This document shows positions 35,608-46,840 of a stretch of DNA of 64,000 nt, in pieces (the first letter of the stretch is position 1; each line of letters opens with the position of its first letter). The notes below the pieces were generated by a model. That model was not told where the DNA came from, searched no databases, and saw nothing but the letters and a program-made list of their open reading frames with translations. Both the position numbers and the translations under genes were made by a program. The stretch is from Promethearchaeota archaeon (GTDB lineage: Archaea > Asgardarchaeota > Thorarchaeia > Thorarchaeales > Thorarchaeaceae), in NCBI GenBank assembly GCA_014728035.1, contig WJMJ01000059.1, positions 192,001-256,000 on the forward strand, written 5' to 3'.

Positions 35608-38282
35608 TCATCTCTGTCCATTTGTGCTCTTACATGTGACAGAGCTGCCTTGTATATCTCCTTGGCGAAATCTGTTTCAAAACCAGAATTCTTTGCGAAT
35701 CGATCTCTAGCGAGACCACGTTTTGAAGGGTCGATATCCTTCCTGACAATTTCAGAAATAGAATGATATCCGTTTTCATAGAGAGTTCTTACTTCTTCAC
35801 GACTGAGTCGTCGTGAAATAGAGGTCTCATTTTCTGGAATTATAAGTTCCAGCATATCGGTACGTGCGATATCCTCTTTTACTCCAAAACGAAACTGTCT
35901 GCTCAATATGTGTAATCTCTCAGCTAGATTGTCTTTACCCATTTCTTTGAAGAAAGATGAGAGGTCATTAGCTGTTTCGCTGCAAAATGCCACCAAGGTT
36001 CCAAGGTCACCATCATCAATATTCATCCCTCTAACTTGGAGATTCTTTGCCGTATCTTTTGCGAGTGTTAGCACGTCAGCTACTGGATTCTCACGAATCC
36101 AATGTTCAAGCACCTTCTGCTTAACAATAGCTCTTCCCTTTGCTAGATTGATATACCATTCTTCGGGGGGATCCAAATCCATTGCTTCTAATTCTATATC
36201 TGTTGGTATCAATGATCGGGGTCTCATTGCTTGAGGTAATCTAAATCTCAGAATAAGCTGCACCAATTCGTCTTCTTTGGGGTTGTCCATTGCTTGGAGC
36301 ACATCCCGAATCTTCACGTACTGAATAAGGTCGAATCCCGATTGTACCGCGTGTTTGGCACTTTCCGAAATCTTGTATCCCTCCGTTATTTCAACAAAGG
36401 CTCCGTTTTTCACGAACCAATCAAACAGAATTGAAAACATCCTTTTAATTCTATCAACACATCCTTCTACAGTCTTACAACGTAGAGTTCGAGATGCGAT
36501 TTCAACTAATTCTTCTTCTAATTTTCTTTTTTGAAACTCTGTCTTATTGATTGGTGATCTGGTCATGAGATTAGCCATAAGTGACGGATAGAGTTCTCCT
36601 GGTCTTAGTGGTTCTAGTGGCCGATGAAGTAGCTGTTCTTCCATCTGTTCTGCATTTTCAAAACTTCTTGTGGGTGATTCGAATATTATGTATACTCTCC
36701 CTCCATGTTCTGCAAGATGATATTCTCCAATCCTACCAGCTACTTGCATATATCGAGACCTTGCTTCTAAATAGTACATGCTTGAGCCAAACAAAATAAT
36801 CACACAATCAAAGGGAAAACTCATACCAGATGTAATTCCCGTGGTTGAAACAACCGTTCTCACTGTCTTTTTCTTGATATTTTCTTCAAGCTTGTCTCTT
36901 ATTGATTCATGCAAGCCCGAATGATGAAATGCAATGCCTTTTTCTAAGACTTTCTTAAGTCTCTGTGCGACTGGCATATCTGCAACTTCTCCAATGATTT
37001 GAGAAACTAATTTTTCCGAAATTTCCCGTGGATGGCTCTCCGCAAGCCTTCTTGTGTAGTATTCTGCATCATTTCGCGAACCAGCAACTATCAAAACAGA
37101 CTTTTTATCGTAGTCGCCTAAATGGTCTATAACAGCTCTAAGCATATTATCAGATTCAAGTGTGGAACTTTGAGTTCCATCACTGCTGTGAATATACACC
37201 ACATCATCATCATGAGTGACAATGAACTCATCTGGGCGCAATCGCACACTCGGCCTAAAAACGTCTGCGTCAAGCCATTCAGCAATCTCATCTGTTTCTC
37301 CGAATCTTGATGAAAGAGTTATAATCTGTGCAGTTGGCTTCAGTAATGCTATGAGGTAATCCAGATTAACACTTCTGTCTGTACCCAGAAATGCTGCTTG
37401 GGCATGCTCTCTTGGAGAATCCAGTTCTGTAAGCTCATCAATTACAAGAAGGCCTATTTCATTTGTCCATGACTTTCTCTCATGAAATGCGGATGCGAAT
37501 GACTCGTAAGTAGCTACTATGATGTCAGCTGAATCAAGCTGTTCCTCTGTAGCTCGACTCTGTCCATCCTGTCTTACCATTGAAAATTCCAGATCCTCAA
37601 AAATGTCTTTGTATTCATCGATTACCTGCCCATTAAGTGATGTATATGGACTTAGATAGAAGCTCCTCTTCCCCTTCTGTAATGAAATTAGAATCAGAAT
37701 CATAGCTAGGAATGTCTTTCCTGATCCCGGAGGCATTTGAATGACAAGATTTCTGGAAAAGTCTTCAATCTCTCTCAGAAAGAGGTCTTGTGCTGGCAAT
37801 AATCTAATGAAATTTTTATGGCGAAGCAACAGTTTTGCAGTTTGTTGTATCTCAGTATCCTCTCTTGTTGGACCTATCATTCCAGTTAGAGCCGCTAATG
37901 CGAGTCTTCCATCATGTGTGATTACAAACTGCCGGTTCTTTTTTCCTCGTTTTCCAATTGCGGTGACAAATCCAGCTTTCACCATTTTAGTCATGGATTC
38001 ATATATGGTTCCACCTGAAACCAATGATTTGCGTTCCGATTCATACTTTACTTCTTTCTGAGTTTTTTCTTTGCTTCTTCTTTCGGGCGGCTTGTCAATA
38101 CCTTTCAGGTGGAGCATACCCTCTACTATTTCATCCCACCCCATACTCTGAATAACTTCACCTGCATCTGGATTAAGCACTTGTAATATTTCTACAGCAT
38201 ATCTGTTGCTTAGTGCTTTCAGTTGCTTTCGAATCAAGTCAAGTCTTGATTCGTCAAGGCCACCTTTTGTCATCGTACTCAC
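35604..38282 (-). CDS. Ski2/Hel308-like SF2 helicase with N-terminal winged-helix domain
   Basis: LLPAQ, MPPGSGKT, IDELT, AFHHSGL, QVAGRIG; N-terminal ALSNRYAVEIL...TIYESMTKMVKAGFV...ITHDG. Confidence 0.85.
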   Translation of the reverse strand: MSTMTKGGLDESRLDLIRKQLKALSNRYAVEILQVLNPDAGEVIQSMGWDEIVEGMLHLKGIDKPPERRSKEKTQKEVKYESERKSLVSGGTIYESMTKMVKAGFVTAIGKRGKKNRQFVITHDGRLALAALTGMIGPTREDTEIQQTAKLLLRHKNFIRLLPAQDLFLREIEDFSRNLVIQMPPGSGKTFLAMILILISLQKGKRSFYLSPYTSLNGQVIDEYKDIFEDLEFSMVRQDGQSRATEEQLDSADIIVATYESFASAFHERKSWTNEIGLLVIDELTELDSPREHAQAAFLGTDRSVNLDYLIALLKPTAQIITLSSRFGETDEIAEWLDADVFRPSVRLRPDEFIVTHDDDVVYIHSSDGTQSSTLESDNMLRAVIDHLGDYDKKSVLIVAGSRNDAEYYTRRLAESHPREISEKLVSQIIGEVADMPVAQRLKKVLEKGIAFHHSGLHESIRDKLEENIKKKTVRTVVSTTGITSGMSFPFDCVIILFGSSMYYLEARSRYMQVAGRIGEYHLAEHGGRVYIIFESPTRSFENAEQMEEQLLHRPLEPLRPGELYPSLMANLMTRSPINKTEFQKRKLEEELVEIASRTLRCKTVEGCVDRIKRMFSILFDWFVKNGAFVEITEGYKISESAKHAVQSGFDLIQYVKIRDVLQAMDNPKEDELVQLILRFRLPQAMRPRSLIPTDIELEAMDLDPPEEWYINLAKGRAIVKQKVLEHWIRENPVADVLTLAKDTAKNLQVRGMNIDDGDLGTLVAFCSETANDLSSFFKEMGKDNLAERLHILSRQFRFGVKEDIARTDMLELIIPENETSISRRLSREEVRTLYENGYHSISEIVRKDIDPSKRGLARDRFAKNSGFETDFAKEIYKAALSHVRAQMDRDD

Positions 38283-38425
38283 TCACTATTTCCGAGCGTC
38301 TTTGATATACCTTTTTCCTTGTGCTTGATAATCAATCTCTTTGCGATAATGTGATTTACTAGATAATACTCGCCCTTTTCTTTAACGTTGACATCACAAT
38401 ACTTGAAAACAGAAGGTGTTTCCAA

Positions 38426-38824
38426 TTGCGATTCTTCTCACGGAAAAAAGAAACAGATGATGAAGACCATAGTGATGAGTCTAGTAGTTCTTTGACAAGT
38501 CTTGGGATATTTGCTCCTGGTATTGAGGTCACACAATCAGACCCTGTTAGAGAACATAGAAGAATGAGAGAACTAGATCAAATTTTCATTCGCTCGAAAA
38601 AACTCGAGTCTCTTGAAGATGTACCTTATGTTGTTAATCAAATATGCAATGGAAATATTGTGCTTCTTGATATCACTCGTTTGAATGATGGAAAAGAACA
38701 AAACCATCTTGCTCTCAAACGAATTATTGAACGTATTCGCGGAGAAACTCGTGGTTACAATGCAGAGATTGCATTAGTCAATGATGGTTGTATGATCGTA
38801 ACACCAGATTTTGTCAAGTTCTAG
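38426..38824 (+). CDS. sepF: SepF-like cell division protein
   Basis: LESLEDVPYVVNQICNGNIVLLDI...LKRIIERI...MIVTP. Confidence 0.75.
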   Translation: MRFFSRKKETDDEDHSDESSSSLTSLGIFAPGIEVTQSDPVREHRRMRELDQIFIRSKKLESLEDVPYVVNQICNGNIVLLDITRLNDGKEQNHLALKRIIERIRGETRGYNAEIALVNDGCMIVTPDFVKF

Positions 38825-38827
38825 TTT

Positions 38828-40741
38828 TTATCGGAGCTTCATACTCTCGGTAACCATTAGTGCTTTGGTTTCCACTTTTAGAACCTTATGGATTGTCGAT
38901 GCTAAGTTCAAGCATTTTGACGCCTCTCCATGGCATGTGAGAACGACTTCAGGTGTTGGATTTACTCTCTTGACAAAGTTAAGGATTTGTTTTCTATCGG
39001 AGTGGCCTGAAAATCCTTCTACTGTTGTCACATCAAAGTTCACAGGAACGACTGTTGTTTTTCCATCTCGAGTACGCATCTGGACTTCTTTCCATCCTTT
39101 CTGAACTCTTCTTCCCAAAGTACCTTCTCCTTGGTAGCTTACAAACATCAGCGTATTCTTTTCATCGGGGGCTAACATTCTGAAGTAATCTACACTCGGC
39201 CCTCCGGCTAGCATACCAGAAGTTGCCATGATTATACACGGCTCTCCTTCAACTATCTCTTGTCTTTGATCCGGATTATCAACTTGTACGAATATATCGC
39301 TGAGAAACGGATTCACTCCCTGGTGAAAAATCATTTCCCTGATTTTTTTACTCAAGGCTTCAGGATGTGTTGTGTGTATTGCTGTAGCTTGGGCAATCAT
39401 TCCTTCAATGTAGACTGGAACCTTTGGAATCCTCTTTTTACTTACCAAATCTTCCAACACAATCATCATCTCTTGTGCTCGTCCAACTGCTAATACTGGA
39501 ATGAGGACTTTGCCATCACGTTTTATCGTTCGCTTAATGATTGATGCAAACTTCTTTTCGACCTCTTGACGTGGTGGCATCTTATCATTTGGATGTCCGT
39601 ACGTGCTCTCTACCATTAGTGTTTCTAGCCGTGGGAACGTAAATGTCGCAGGTTCTAGTAATCTGGTTCTTCCAAATTTGAAATCTCCCGTATATGCTAG
39701 ATTGTAAAGTCCGTCTCCGATATGTAAATGAATTATTGCTGAGCCAAGAATATGCCCTGCATTATGTAATGTAAGACGAACATCTGGTGCGATATCTGTC
39801 ACTTCTCCGTAATTGAGGGTGATTGTGTGAAGGATTGCTTCTTTTACATCTCTATCTCTATATGGTCTGAGTTTTCCTTCCCGTTCTGCAACATCCAGAT
39901 AATCCAGCTGGAGCAATGTTGAAAGATTGAGTGTTGGTGCAGTCATGTAGACTGGACCTCGATATCCATATTTGAAAAGAAATGGGACCATTCCACAGTG
40001 ATCCAGATGTGCATGACTGATAATCACAGCATCAAGTTGATCAATTTTAAATTCAGGCATATCTAATCGTGGAAATGCTTTAGTTGGAGTTCCAACATTC
40101 ACTCCACAATCCAATAGAATATTACTTTCTGAGGTCTGGATGAATATACATTGTCTTCCTACCTCTCTAAATCCGCCAAGCGCAGTAATTCTAATCCATC
40201 CATTATCGATAAGGGGTGGTCTATGAATTCTTCTTCCAATTTCTCGGAAAACTTTGTTTCGGGTGGCTGCTTCTGATTGAATGATATATCTGATTTGCTT
40301 AATCAATTTACTTTCAATTGGCGGCGTACGAATAACATTAGGTCTCCAGAAGGTTTGACGGGTTATTTCGCGGAGCGTTGAACCACTTCTGCCTATCACT
40401 AGACCTGGTTTCTGTGCTTCGATAATGACTTCCCCTCTGGATTCATCAAAATCAATAGATGTGATTTCTGCATCTTCAGGCACAAGCTTGCGTACGGTCT
40501 GTTCAGCATCCTCATGAGAGAGCCTAACTTCAGGTGCTGACCGTACAACAATTCTCTTTCGCATTTTTCTGGCAAGCGCTTTAATTTTATCTCCGTCATC
40601 AAGCAGGATTTTGGGTGCTTTGGAATATATCGCTATTTCTGGGCCTTCGTATTCTACCGAGCTAATTGCAGCAGAACGTGGTAACGCTTTCATTACCATT
40701 TCGCGAGGGTCAGTCTCATCATTATTCAGTTTTTTACCCAT
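38828..40741 (-). CDS. beta-CASP ribonuclease aCPSF1 (FttA) with N-terminal KH domains
   Basis: [36 protein letters not shown]; next to psmB. Confidence 0.95.
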   Translation of the reverse strand: MGKKLNNDETDPREMVMKALPRSAAISSVEYEGPEIAIYSKAPKILLDDGDKIKALARKMRKRIVVRSAPEVRLSHEDAEQTVRKLVPEDAEITSIDFDESRGEVIIEAQKPGLVIGRSGSTLREITRQTFWRPNVIRTPPIESKLIKQIRYIIQSEAATRNKVFREIGRRIHRPPLIDNGWIRITALGGFREVGRQCIFIQTSESNILLDCGVNVGTPTKAFPRLDMPEFKIDQLDAVIISHAHLDHCGMVPFLFKYGYRGPVYMTAPTLNLSTLLQLDYLDVAEREGKLRPYRDRDVKEAILHTITLNYGEVTDIAPDVRLTLHNAGHILGSAIIHLHIGDGLYNLAYTGDFKFGRTRLLEPATFTFPRLETLMVESTYGHPNDKMPPRQEVEKKFASIIKRTIKRDGKVLIPVLAVGRAQEMMIVLEDLVSKKRIPKVPVYIEGMIAQATAIHTTHPEALSKKIREMIFHQGVNPFLSDIFVQVDNPDQRQEIVEGEPCIIMATSGMLAGGPSVDYFRMLAPDEKNTLMFVSYQGEGTLGRRVQKGWKEVQMRTRDGKTTVVPVNFDVTTVEGFSGHSDRKQILNFVKRVNPTPEVVLTCHGEASKCLNLASTIHKVLKVETKALMVTESMKLR

Positions 40742-40874
40742 CTAAAATCACATCACAATCCTACGATTACATGTTAACCTTCTAACTACTTAGATACAAC
40801 TTACCCAGAGGGTGTGAATCTATTGAGTCTAGAACTCGGTCAGGCTCTCTGACCATTACTTCGACAAGATTTGT

Positions 40875-41519
40875 CTATTGCTTCCAAATCTTCATGATAG
40901 TGTCTTTGTCGACTTCCTGATATCCGTCTTTGTCAATGACACTCACAAGAATTGAATTACCTGAACCAGCATCACGTTCAATTGCTGCTGCAACAGCTGA
41001 TATAGCAAGCTCAATGGCCTTCTTCTTGGTGAGTCCGTCTTTGTACCCAGCTTCAAGCACACCCAAAGCTACAGGAGATCCTGAGCCTGTTGCTGCATAT
41101 GTATCTGGTAAAACGGAACCAATATAGTCGCTATAGAAGACCTGTGGGCCTTTGTCATCAAATCCTCCAACAAGACATTGAAGTAGGTATCCACCTCTCG
41201 CTTGAAACATGATGTTACTGAGTTGAGTTGTTAGTGCCTTAACTCGTATTGGACGGCCCCTTTCAATCTCATACAGTTTAGCTATTACTTTCAGCCAATC
41301 CATAATTGCTTGGGCATCAGCAACAGACCCTGCAATGGTCGCACCAATTCTATCTGTAATCTTGAAGATTTTCTTGGCGCTTTTATTTGCAATCAAATAT
41401 CCCATTGTTGCGCGTTGGTCACTTGCTAAGACTACACAGTCTTTTGCAATCAAACCTACAGTCGTTGTTCCTGTCTTTAGTGCCTCTATGGGGGCTTTTT
41501 GTTCATGTTCCATAGCCAT
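40875..41519 (-). CDS. psmB: proteasome subunit beta
   Basis: Propeptide KTG/TTTVG, GSVADAQ, TGSGSP. Confidence 0.96.
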   Translation of the reverse strand: MAMEHEQKAPIEALKTGTTTVGLIAKDCVVLASDQRATMGYLIANKSAKKIFKITDRIGATIAGSVADAQAIMDWLKVIAKLYEIERGRPIRVKALTTQLSNIMFQARGGYLLQCLVGGFDDKGPQVFYSDYIGSVLPDTYAATGSGSPVALGVLEAGYKDGLTKKKAIELAISAVAAAIERDAGSGNSILVSVIDKDGYQEVDKDTIMKIWKQ

Positions 41520-41682
41520 TGTTGAATAACTCCATACGAATAAGAGTTGCCTTGGAGAACTAGTGACGAAATGAAATCATGAGTAATCTATTAAAAGGTT
41601 TTCTCAGTGACACTTTTCATCCGAAACTATATTCATTTTCCCGTGTTTTCTATTGATTATTAATTCTTTGAAATACGACATT

Positions 41683-42450
41683 TCAAGTCTGATTTTCTTC
41701 AGGTCTGTCAAAGACGGTGCAAATTTTCACTTTCTTTGCTTCTTCATACATTTTCAAAGCATCCGATGCAATTCCAACTTCTCCGAAAGCGATATTTTCA
41801 ATGTATCTAGTTTCTTTGGGAAGCTCTATGTTGATCACTTCACCATCGATAGTTACATTTACTCTTCCATCTTCAAGAACTGGAATCCTTCTTTTAACTA
41901 CAGCTTGCAGTCGTTCTAACGGGTCGACAATTATCTCTTTTACTTCCACATTGAAAATCAGGGTCTTTCCTGCCAATGGGCTATTGAAATCGACCCTTAC
42001 AGTCCTACCCATTACCGCCGTAATGACTCCACGCTCTCTTCCAAATGTGATTGATTCTCCTTTTATTGGACGGTCACCATGTTTTGCAAGCTTGGTCTTT
42101 GATATTGTCTTAATCTTTTTAGGGTCTGGAAATCCAGCTCCTTTCTCTGGAGGAATTTCTACTTTCTTTTCTTCGCCTAATTTCATTCCCACAATTTCTT
42201 CTTCAAGAGCCTCTAGAAGCCAATTCCATCCTAGAGCAACAAGCATTGGTTGATACCTTTCTTTCTCCTTGTATATTCCATGCTCTTTAGCTACCTCTTC
42301 CTGTGTTGTATCAAATACGGTGCTATCTTCTTTTGTCATTGCTGTGTAATCAATATAGATAACACTCTTTTCTTCAACAGTATCGGTTTTTTTGGACTTC
42401 TTTGCTGCTGACTTCTTCTTAGTCTTCTTGGCTGGCTCTTTGTCAGACAT
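41683..42450 (-). CDS. FKBP-type peptidyl-prolyl isomerase (long archaeal SlyD-like)
   Basis: IDYT...VFDTT...EIPPEKG...VDFNSPLAGKTLIF. Confidence 0.9.
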   Translation of the reverse strand: MSDKEPAKKTKKKSAAKKSKKTDTVEEKSVIYIDYTAMTKEDSTVFDTTQEEVAKEHGIYKEKERYQPMLVALGWNWLLEALEEEIVGMKLGEEKKVEIPPEKGAGFPDPKKIKTISKTKLAKHGDRPIKGESITFGRERGVITAVMGRTVRVDFNSPLAGKTLIFNVEVKEIIVDPLERLQAVVKRRIPVLEDGRVNVTIDGEVINIELPKETRYIENIAFGEVGIASDALKMYEEAKKVKICTVFDRPEENQT

Positions 42451-42513
42451 AATACATCCCTTTTGGACTTTGACTCAGCGGCTCAGCCCTGCAGCTGCAT
42501 AAAATTATTTCCA

Positions 42514-43119
42514 TCAGGCCGTTAGTTTACCTTGAATAAGGTCAACCCGCTCCATGAAGAATATTCTGTGCCCTATCGATTGAACTTCCAAACCCCGTTC
42601 CTCCATTATCCTGATAATGTGGTCTGGATTTGAGTGAGATGATACAATAACATAGATTGTACTGTTCTTCTCAATGTGTTTACATGCCTGAGCGATATAT
42701 CTCTCACTTACTTCCGTGCCCGTTATACCCCCTATGAAAGCATGATCCATGGAAGTTTTGTGTTCATCTGCAGGCAGATACGGTGGATTGAAAACAATAA
42801 CTGAAAATTTTGCAGATGAATGAAATGCAGTAAGCAAATCCGATTGTATTACTGAGTTGTTCACTAGACGAGTGTTCCTTCTCAAAGTATCCATTGTATT
42901 TCTAACCGCTTCTAACGAAATATCGACAGCAATTGCTTTTTTGACTATCTTGGACGCCATAGCAGTTGCCAGTCCTACTCCACAACCAATCTCAAGAAAA
43001 GTGTCTGTCGGCTTTAATTCTATAGCATCTAATACAAGATACGAGTCCATTGCAGGTGAATATACTCCTTTATGTACATCAAAATCAATCTTATCTCCCT
43101 TGAAAGAATGCTCATTCAT
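42514..43119 (-). CDS. HemK2/Mtq2-family protein glutamine methyltransferase
   Basis: GVYSPAMDSYL, LEIGCGVG, FNPPYLP. Confidence 0.88.
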   Translation of the reverse strand: MNEHSFKGDKIDFDVHKGVYSPAMDSYLVLDAIELKPTDTFLEIGCGVGLATAMASKIVKKAIAVDISLEAVRNTMDTLRRNTRLVNNSVIQSDLLTAFHSSAKFSVIVFNPPYLPADEHKTSMDHAFIGGITGTEVSERYIAQACKHIEKNSTIYVIVSSHSNPDHIIRIMEERGLEVQSIGHRIFFMERVDLIQGKLTA

Positions 43120-43976
43120 AAATTTGGCATCCTCCCCTCTTGTATGAGGTCTGCTATTGTATTTGAAATTCTTATCAATGATTCTTGGGGTATTTCTCTC
43201 AGTCTCTCATTCCCCTCAATTCCAGCTGTGTTCTTTAGAATCAATCTACTCAAATCCGAATTCAAATCAAGTCTTTCTAACCATATTTTTAGAGCATTTC
43301 CGAGTTGCTTCTTTGGATACGGGTAGATTCCATGAACGAGTTTAAAAAATACATCTTCACTTTTTACAAACATCTTTTCTTCTCTTTTAGTTATCTTGAC
43401 AACTGTTGAGGTTACAGCTGGCTCTGGATAAAATGCATTTGATGGTACGTCCATAATCTTTTCAGCGTGGGCATAGTATTGAAAATCAATTGTCAATCTG
43501 GAATATTTTCTTGATCCGGGCTTGGCTACTAAACGGTCGGCAAATTCTTTCTGGTACATAAGTATAGCTACCTCAAAATCTATTTTTTTCAATATCCGAA
43601 AAGTGATTTCGGAAGAAATAGAATATGGCAGATTTGCTACTACTTTGTTTATTCTGGGGAAATCCACCTCAAGTGCATCACCTTCAATTATTGCAACATG
43701 ATTTTGGTGTTCAAATAGATCCTTAAGTGCTTGTACAAGACCAGTTTCTATCTCAATAATGAATAATTTTTGAGCGTATTTTGCCAACCACTCGGAGAGA
43801 ATTCCTAACCCTCCTCCAATTTCAAGGACAATATCACTATCAGAAATTTTGGCAGCATCAACTATTTTTTTAGCTACATATCTATTTGTTAGAAAGCTTT
43901 GCCCTCGTTTCTTATCTGGTCTGACTGAATATTTTTGTAGCAGAGAATATATCTCTTTTTTTGACAGGAAACTCAC
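43116..43976 (-). CDS. rsmA: 16S rRNA adenine dimethyltransferase (KsgA/Dim1)
   Basis: GQSFL, LEIGGGLG, VANLPYSISS, MYQKEFADRL. Confidence 0.94.
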   Translation of the reverse strand: MSFLSKKEIYSLLQKYSVRPDKKRGQSFLTNRYVAKKIVDAAKISDSDIVLEIGGGLGILSEWLAKYAQKLFIIEIETGLVQALKDLFEHQNHVAIIEGDALEVDFPRINKVVANLPYSISSEITFRILKKIDFEVAILMYQKEFADRLVAKPGSRKYSRLTIDFQYYAHAEKIMDVPSNAFYPEPAVTSTVVKITKREEKMFVKSEDVFFKLVHGIYPYPKKQLGNALKIWLERLDLNSDLSRLILKNTAGIEGNERLREIPQESLIRISNTIADLIQEGRMPNL

Positions 43977-43984
43977 CTTGCAAT

Positions 43985-44590
43985 TTACCGTCTAGCAGCT
44001 TCTTCTATTCGCGGAGGGGGGCGAACAAACAGATATCTCTTTTCTTCTTCTCGCAGCTCTTTCATAATTCTTGAAATTATGACCTTCTTTGGGTCTTGCA
44101 GTTTCGTCCGGTCCGCAATATCATCAAAACTTTTGAAGGGCATATTCTTCCTCTCTTCGAGTATTGCCCACATCAATGTCGATCCTATTCCGGGTAGAAG
44201 TTGAAGTGAATGCATTCGTGTGGTAAGAGGTTTTGCCTCGTTAAAAAATTGAACAAATTTTTGCTCATGTTTTGTAACAATAATTTCAACAACAAGAGGA
44301 AGCTCGGCACCACTCTCGGGAGATAAATCTTCAAATGAGATTCGCCTCTTAACATGGTCTATCTTACTTTTTACATCACGCTTTAAAACAACTCTTTCAT
44401 GTGGCCGCAGTTTTTTTCCTCTTTTTGGAGCAAGTTCTAATAGTGTGAAATGGGATTCTCCTACTGCTTGAATTACAGTTTCACCTCTAGGCCTAGAATC
44501 ACGTAAGAATGTTTTAGGTGCGACAACTGCCAAAATATACGCGTGTGACTCTAACATCCTGTTTTGAGATTCGTCCATTCTTTTTAACAC
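43985..44590 (-). CDS. DUF655 putative RNA-binding protein
   Basis: QAVGESHFTLLEL, FFNEAKPLTTRMHSLQLLPGIG. Confidence 0.9.
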   Translation of the reverse strand: MLKRMDESQNRMLESHAYILAVVAPKTFLRDSRPRGETVIQAVGESHFTLLELAPKRGKKLRPHERVVLKRDVKSKIDHVKRRISFEDLSPESGAELPLVVEIIVTKHEQKFVQFFNEAKPLTTRMHSLQLLPGIGSTLMWAILEERKNMPFKSFDDIADRTKLQDPKKVIISRIMKELREEEKRYLFVRPPPRIEEAARR

Positions 44591-44686
44591 ACCTTACGTT
44601 TTCAGGCCACATTATGAACTATGTATACTGTTTCGGATAAAAAGTATCCGGCTTACGAAAGCTATTATTCCAGTACAGATTAAAAA

Positions 44687-45019
44687 TCAGGTTTTGCTTG
44701 CCATAATCTCAACAATTTCAGCGTATTGTTCATCAGTGAGTTCGACACTTCGGGGATCCAGTATTGTCTTTAGTTCTTCTTCAGTAGTAGGTGCAAGATT
44801 GATTACCTGAACAGCTTGAGAGCGGGTGATCTCGTAGTTTTTCATGAGGCGTTCTACCAATTTGACTGATTCTACCGGTGCAAATTTTGAAAAAGTTGAA
44901 GAGTGTTCAAGTGTTATCGATTGCTGAAACGATAATTCTCCATCTTTACTCCTCTTTGAGAGAATCTTCTTTACCATTGGTAATGGAATTTCTTCCTTGC
45001 TAATTATTTCCCTTGGCAT
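44687..45019 (-). CDS. rpo4: RNA polymerase subunit Rpo4 (F)
   Basis: ELSFQQSITLEH...AVQVINLAPTTEEELKTIL; follows rpl21e. Confidence 0.9.
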   Translation of the reverse strand: MPREIISKEEIPLPMVKKILSKRSKDGELSFQQSITLEHSSTFSKFAPVESVKLVERLMKNYEITRSQAVQVINLAPTTEEELKTILDPRSVELTDEQYAEIVEIMASKT

Positions 45020-45029
45020 GTTGTATGAT

Positions 45030-45335
45030 TCAGCCCCTATTAGGTCTTAGATGTTCTGGTCTTATAATTAGTTTCTTCATAGCTTTGCCAAGACTGACAT
45101 CAATCTCATATGCTCTTCCTCTTTTACCAGTGATGACTCCTGTTCTTCCGTGATATCGTCGATGGGGCATTCCCTTGTGGAAGCCTGGATCTATCACTAT
45201 ATCTACTCTCTGACCAATCTCATAATCGATTAGCACGTTGCTTAGAGGTTGAAGACCTCTGCTACGTACTTTTTTGCTCATCAGACTTCTTGTTCTTGCA
45301 CGGAAACCATGACTTTTCTTGACCATGGAACTCAC
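45030..45335 (-). CDS. rpl21e: 50S ribosomal protein L21e
   Basis: SHGFRARTR, HKGMPHRRYHGRTG, RPEHL. Confidence 0.96.
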   Translation of the reverse strand: MSSMVKKSHGFRARTRSLMSKKVRSRGLQPLSNVLIDYEIGQRVDIVIDPGFHKGMPHRRYHGRTGVITGKRGRAYEIDVSLGKAMKKLIIRPEHLRPNRG

Positions 45336-45413
45336 CTGTCTTGGCTATTGAGTTGGCCTTTTCAAAATAGTAGTTTGAGAGACCAAGTCCTGAAAAACCT
45401 CCGGGGTCAACAC

Positions 45414-46784
45414 TTAAGCATTATGGTCTGGTTTGCCAGTGTAAATTGCAGTCACATTTAGTTCTGTACACAGACAGGGTGTTTCTAATACCTCTGTTAG
45501 TGATGGCTTTGTTCTTCCCTCGTCTCCTGAGATTAGCTCTTTGATGTACGTACCACCTTGCACTTTGAAAGAACCTTCAAGAAGTAGTTTTTCTTTTCTT
45601 TTCAGTTTTATTTCATATACATGTTTGACCCGAACAAGGTCACTTCTCCGGTGTGCCACTCTATTTGGTGTACGCTGTTCTATTTCTATATCTTTGAATC
45701 GTTTTTCTGCAATTCTCAGTAGCTCTTCTGATATCTCTTTTTCAGTTGAGATTGATGCAACATACTCTTTGATATTTTCAGAAGCATCTTTCTTCAAGTC
45801 TTGGGCTCGTGACCTTTCAGAAAACTCAAGGTCATGCACCTCTATCTTACCATATGCTTCTTTGTTGATTTCATGTGCAAGAACTTCAAGATTCAATTTT
45901 CGTTTCTTTGGCTCTGAAAGCTCTAATACAAAAGGTCTACCATCACCTAGCATTAGCGCATCGATGTCTTCTCGTCCTGCAGCATGAACTTTGAATCGAG
46001 CTGCGTGGGCAATTTTTACAGCAGGTTTTCCGATGTATTCAGATACAGAGTCCAGATACCTACGTCCCGTTCCATCACATTCCTCACATCCTTTTCCTTT
46101 GCATTCACCGCAATCCCACCTACTTTGTGGTATTCCTCTTTCCAATTTACGGTATTTTCCAAAAATGAATAAGGGATTCACCTGTAGACTGATTTGATCT
46201 TTCAACATGTCGTAGATAACAACTATTTCCGGCTTTGAGAAGTCGACTTCTCTTTTCAGCTTTTCAAATAGTTTCTTTCCAAATTCTCGATTGAATGATG
46301 ATTTCAATGGTTCGCTATTCAGAAGGTTGTATCTTGCGCATATTTCATCCTGCCTTTCTACGAGTTGGGGAAATGGGACACTCCCAACCAAAAATGTGTC
46401 AAACTCGTAATCTTGCAGAATCTCATCAACTTCATTTGTTATTCTTGGAATTCTCTCAAATACCGAGTCATCTTTAGTACAAAGATGACAGGTTTCTTTC
46501 AGCTCAAATGGAATGCCTGCATCCTTAGCTAATCTTCGGGCCGATTTCATCATACCATTTCCTGCAAGAATCTGGAGATATTCTGATGCCTTTTTTCTAT
46601 CTCCTCCTCTCAGAAATTCGTCTCCTATCATTAACAGAACCAATTTGATAGATCTTCCTCTTTGGATATTGGTTGTTCCAGTTGCTAACCATGCGAATAA
46701 TCTCCCCAAGCATTCATTGCAGAGTGGATATTCATTCAGAATGGTCTTCGAAACATCTATCATCGTATCGGTCATTTCATCCAT
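45414..46784 (-). CDS. pus10: tRNA pseudouridine(54/55) synthase Pus10
   Basis: CNECLGR, YRKLERGIPQSRW, AAGREDIDALMLGDGRPF, GGTYIKELISGD. Confidence 0.94.
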   Translation of the reverse strand: MDEMTDTMIDVSKTILNEYPLCNECLGRLFAWLATGTTNIQRGRSIKLVLLMIGDEFLRGGDRKKASEYLQILAGNGMMKSARRLAKDAGIPFELKETCHLCTKDDSVFERIPRITNEVDEILQDYEFDTFLVGSVPFPQLVERQDEICARYNLLNSEPLKSSFNREFGKKLFEKLKREVDFSKPEIVVIYDMLKDQISLQVNPLFIFGKYRKLERGIPQSRWDCGECKGKGCEECDGTGRRYLDSVSEYIGKPAVKIAHAARFKVHAAGREDIDALMLGDGRPFVLELSEPKKRKLNLEVLAHEINKEAYGKIEVHDLEFSERSRAQDLKKDASENIKEYVASISTEKEISEELLRIAEKRFKDIEIEQRTPNRVAHRRSDLVRVKHVYEIKLKRKEKLLLEGSFKVQGGTYIKELISGDEGRTKPSLTEVLETPCLCTELNVTAIYTGKPDHNA

Positions 46785-46840
46785 TGGATACAGGCCCCAG
46801 AAAAAACAGCGGTGTTTCCTTCATAAAGGCAGTTGTTTGA

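Noticed and set aside
41717-42253. 178-aa plus-strand ORF
   Set aside because: Antisense to the FKBP-type PPIase.
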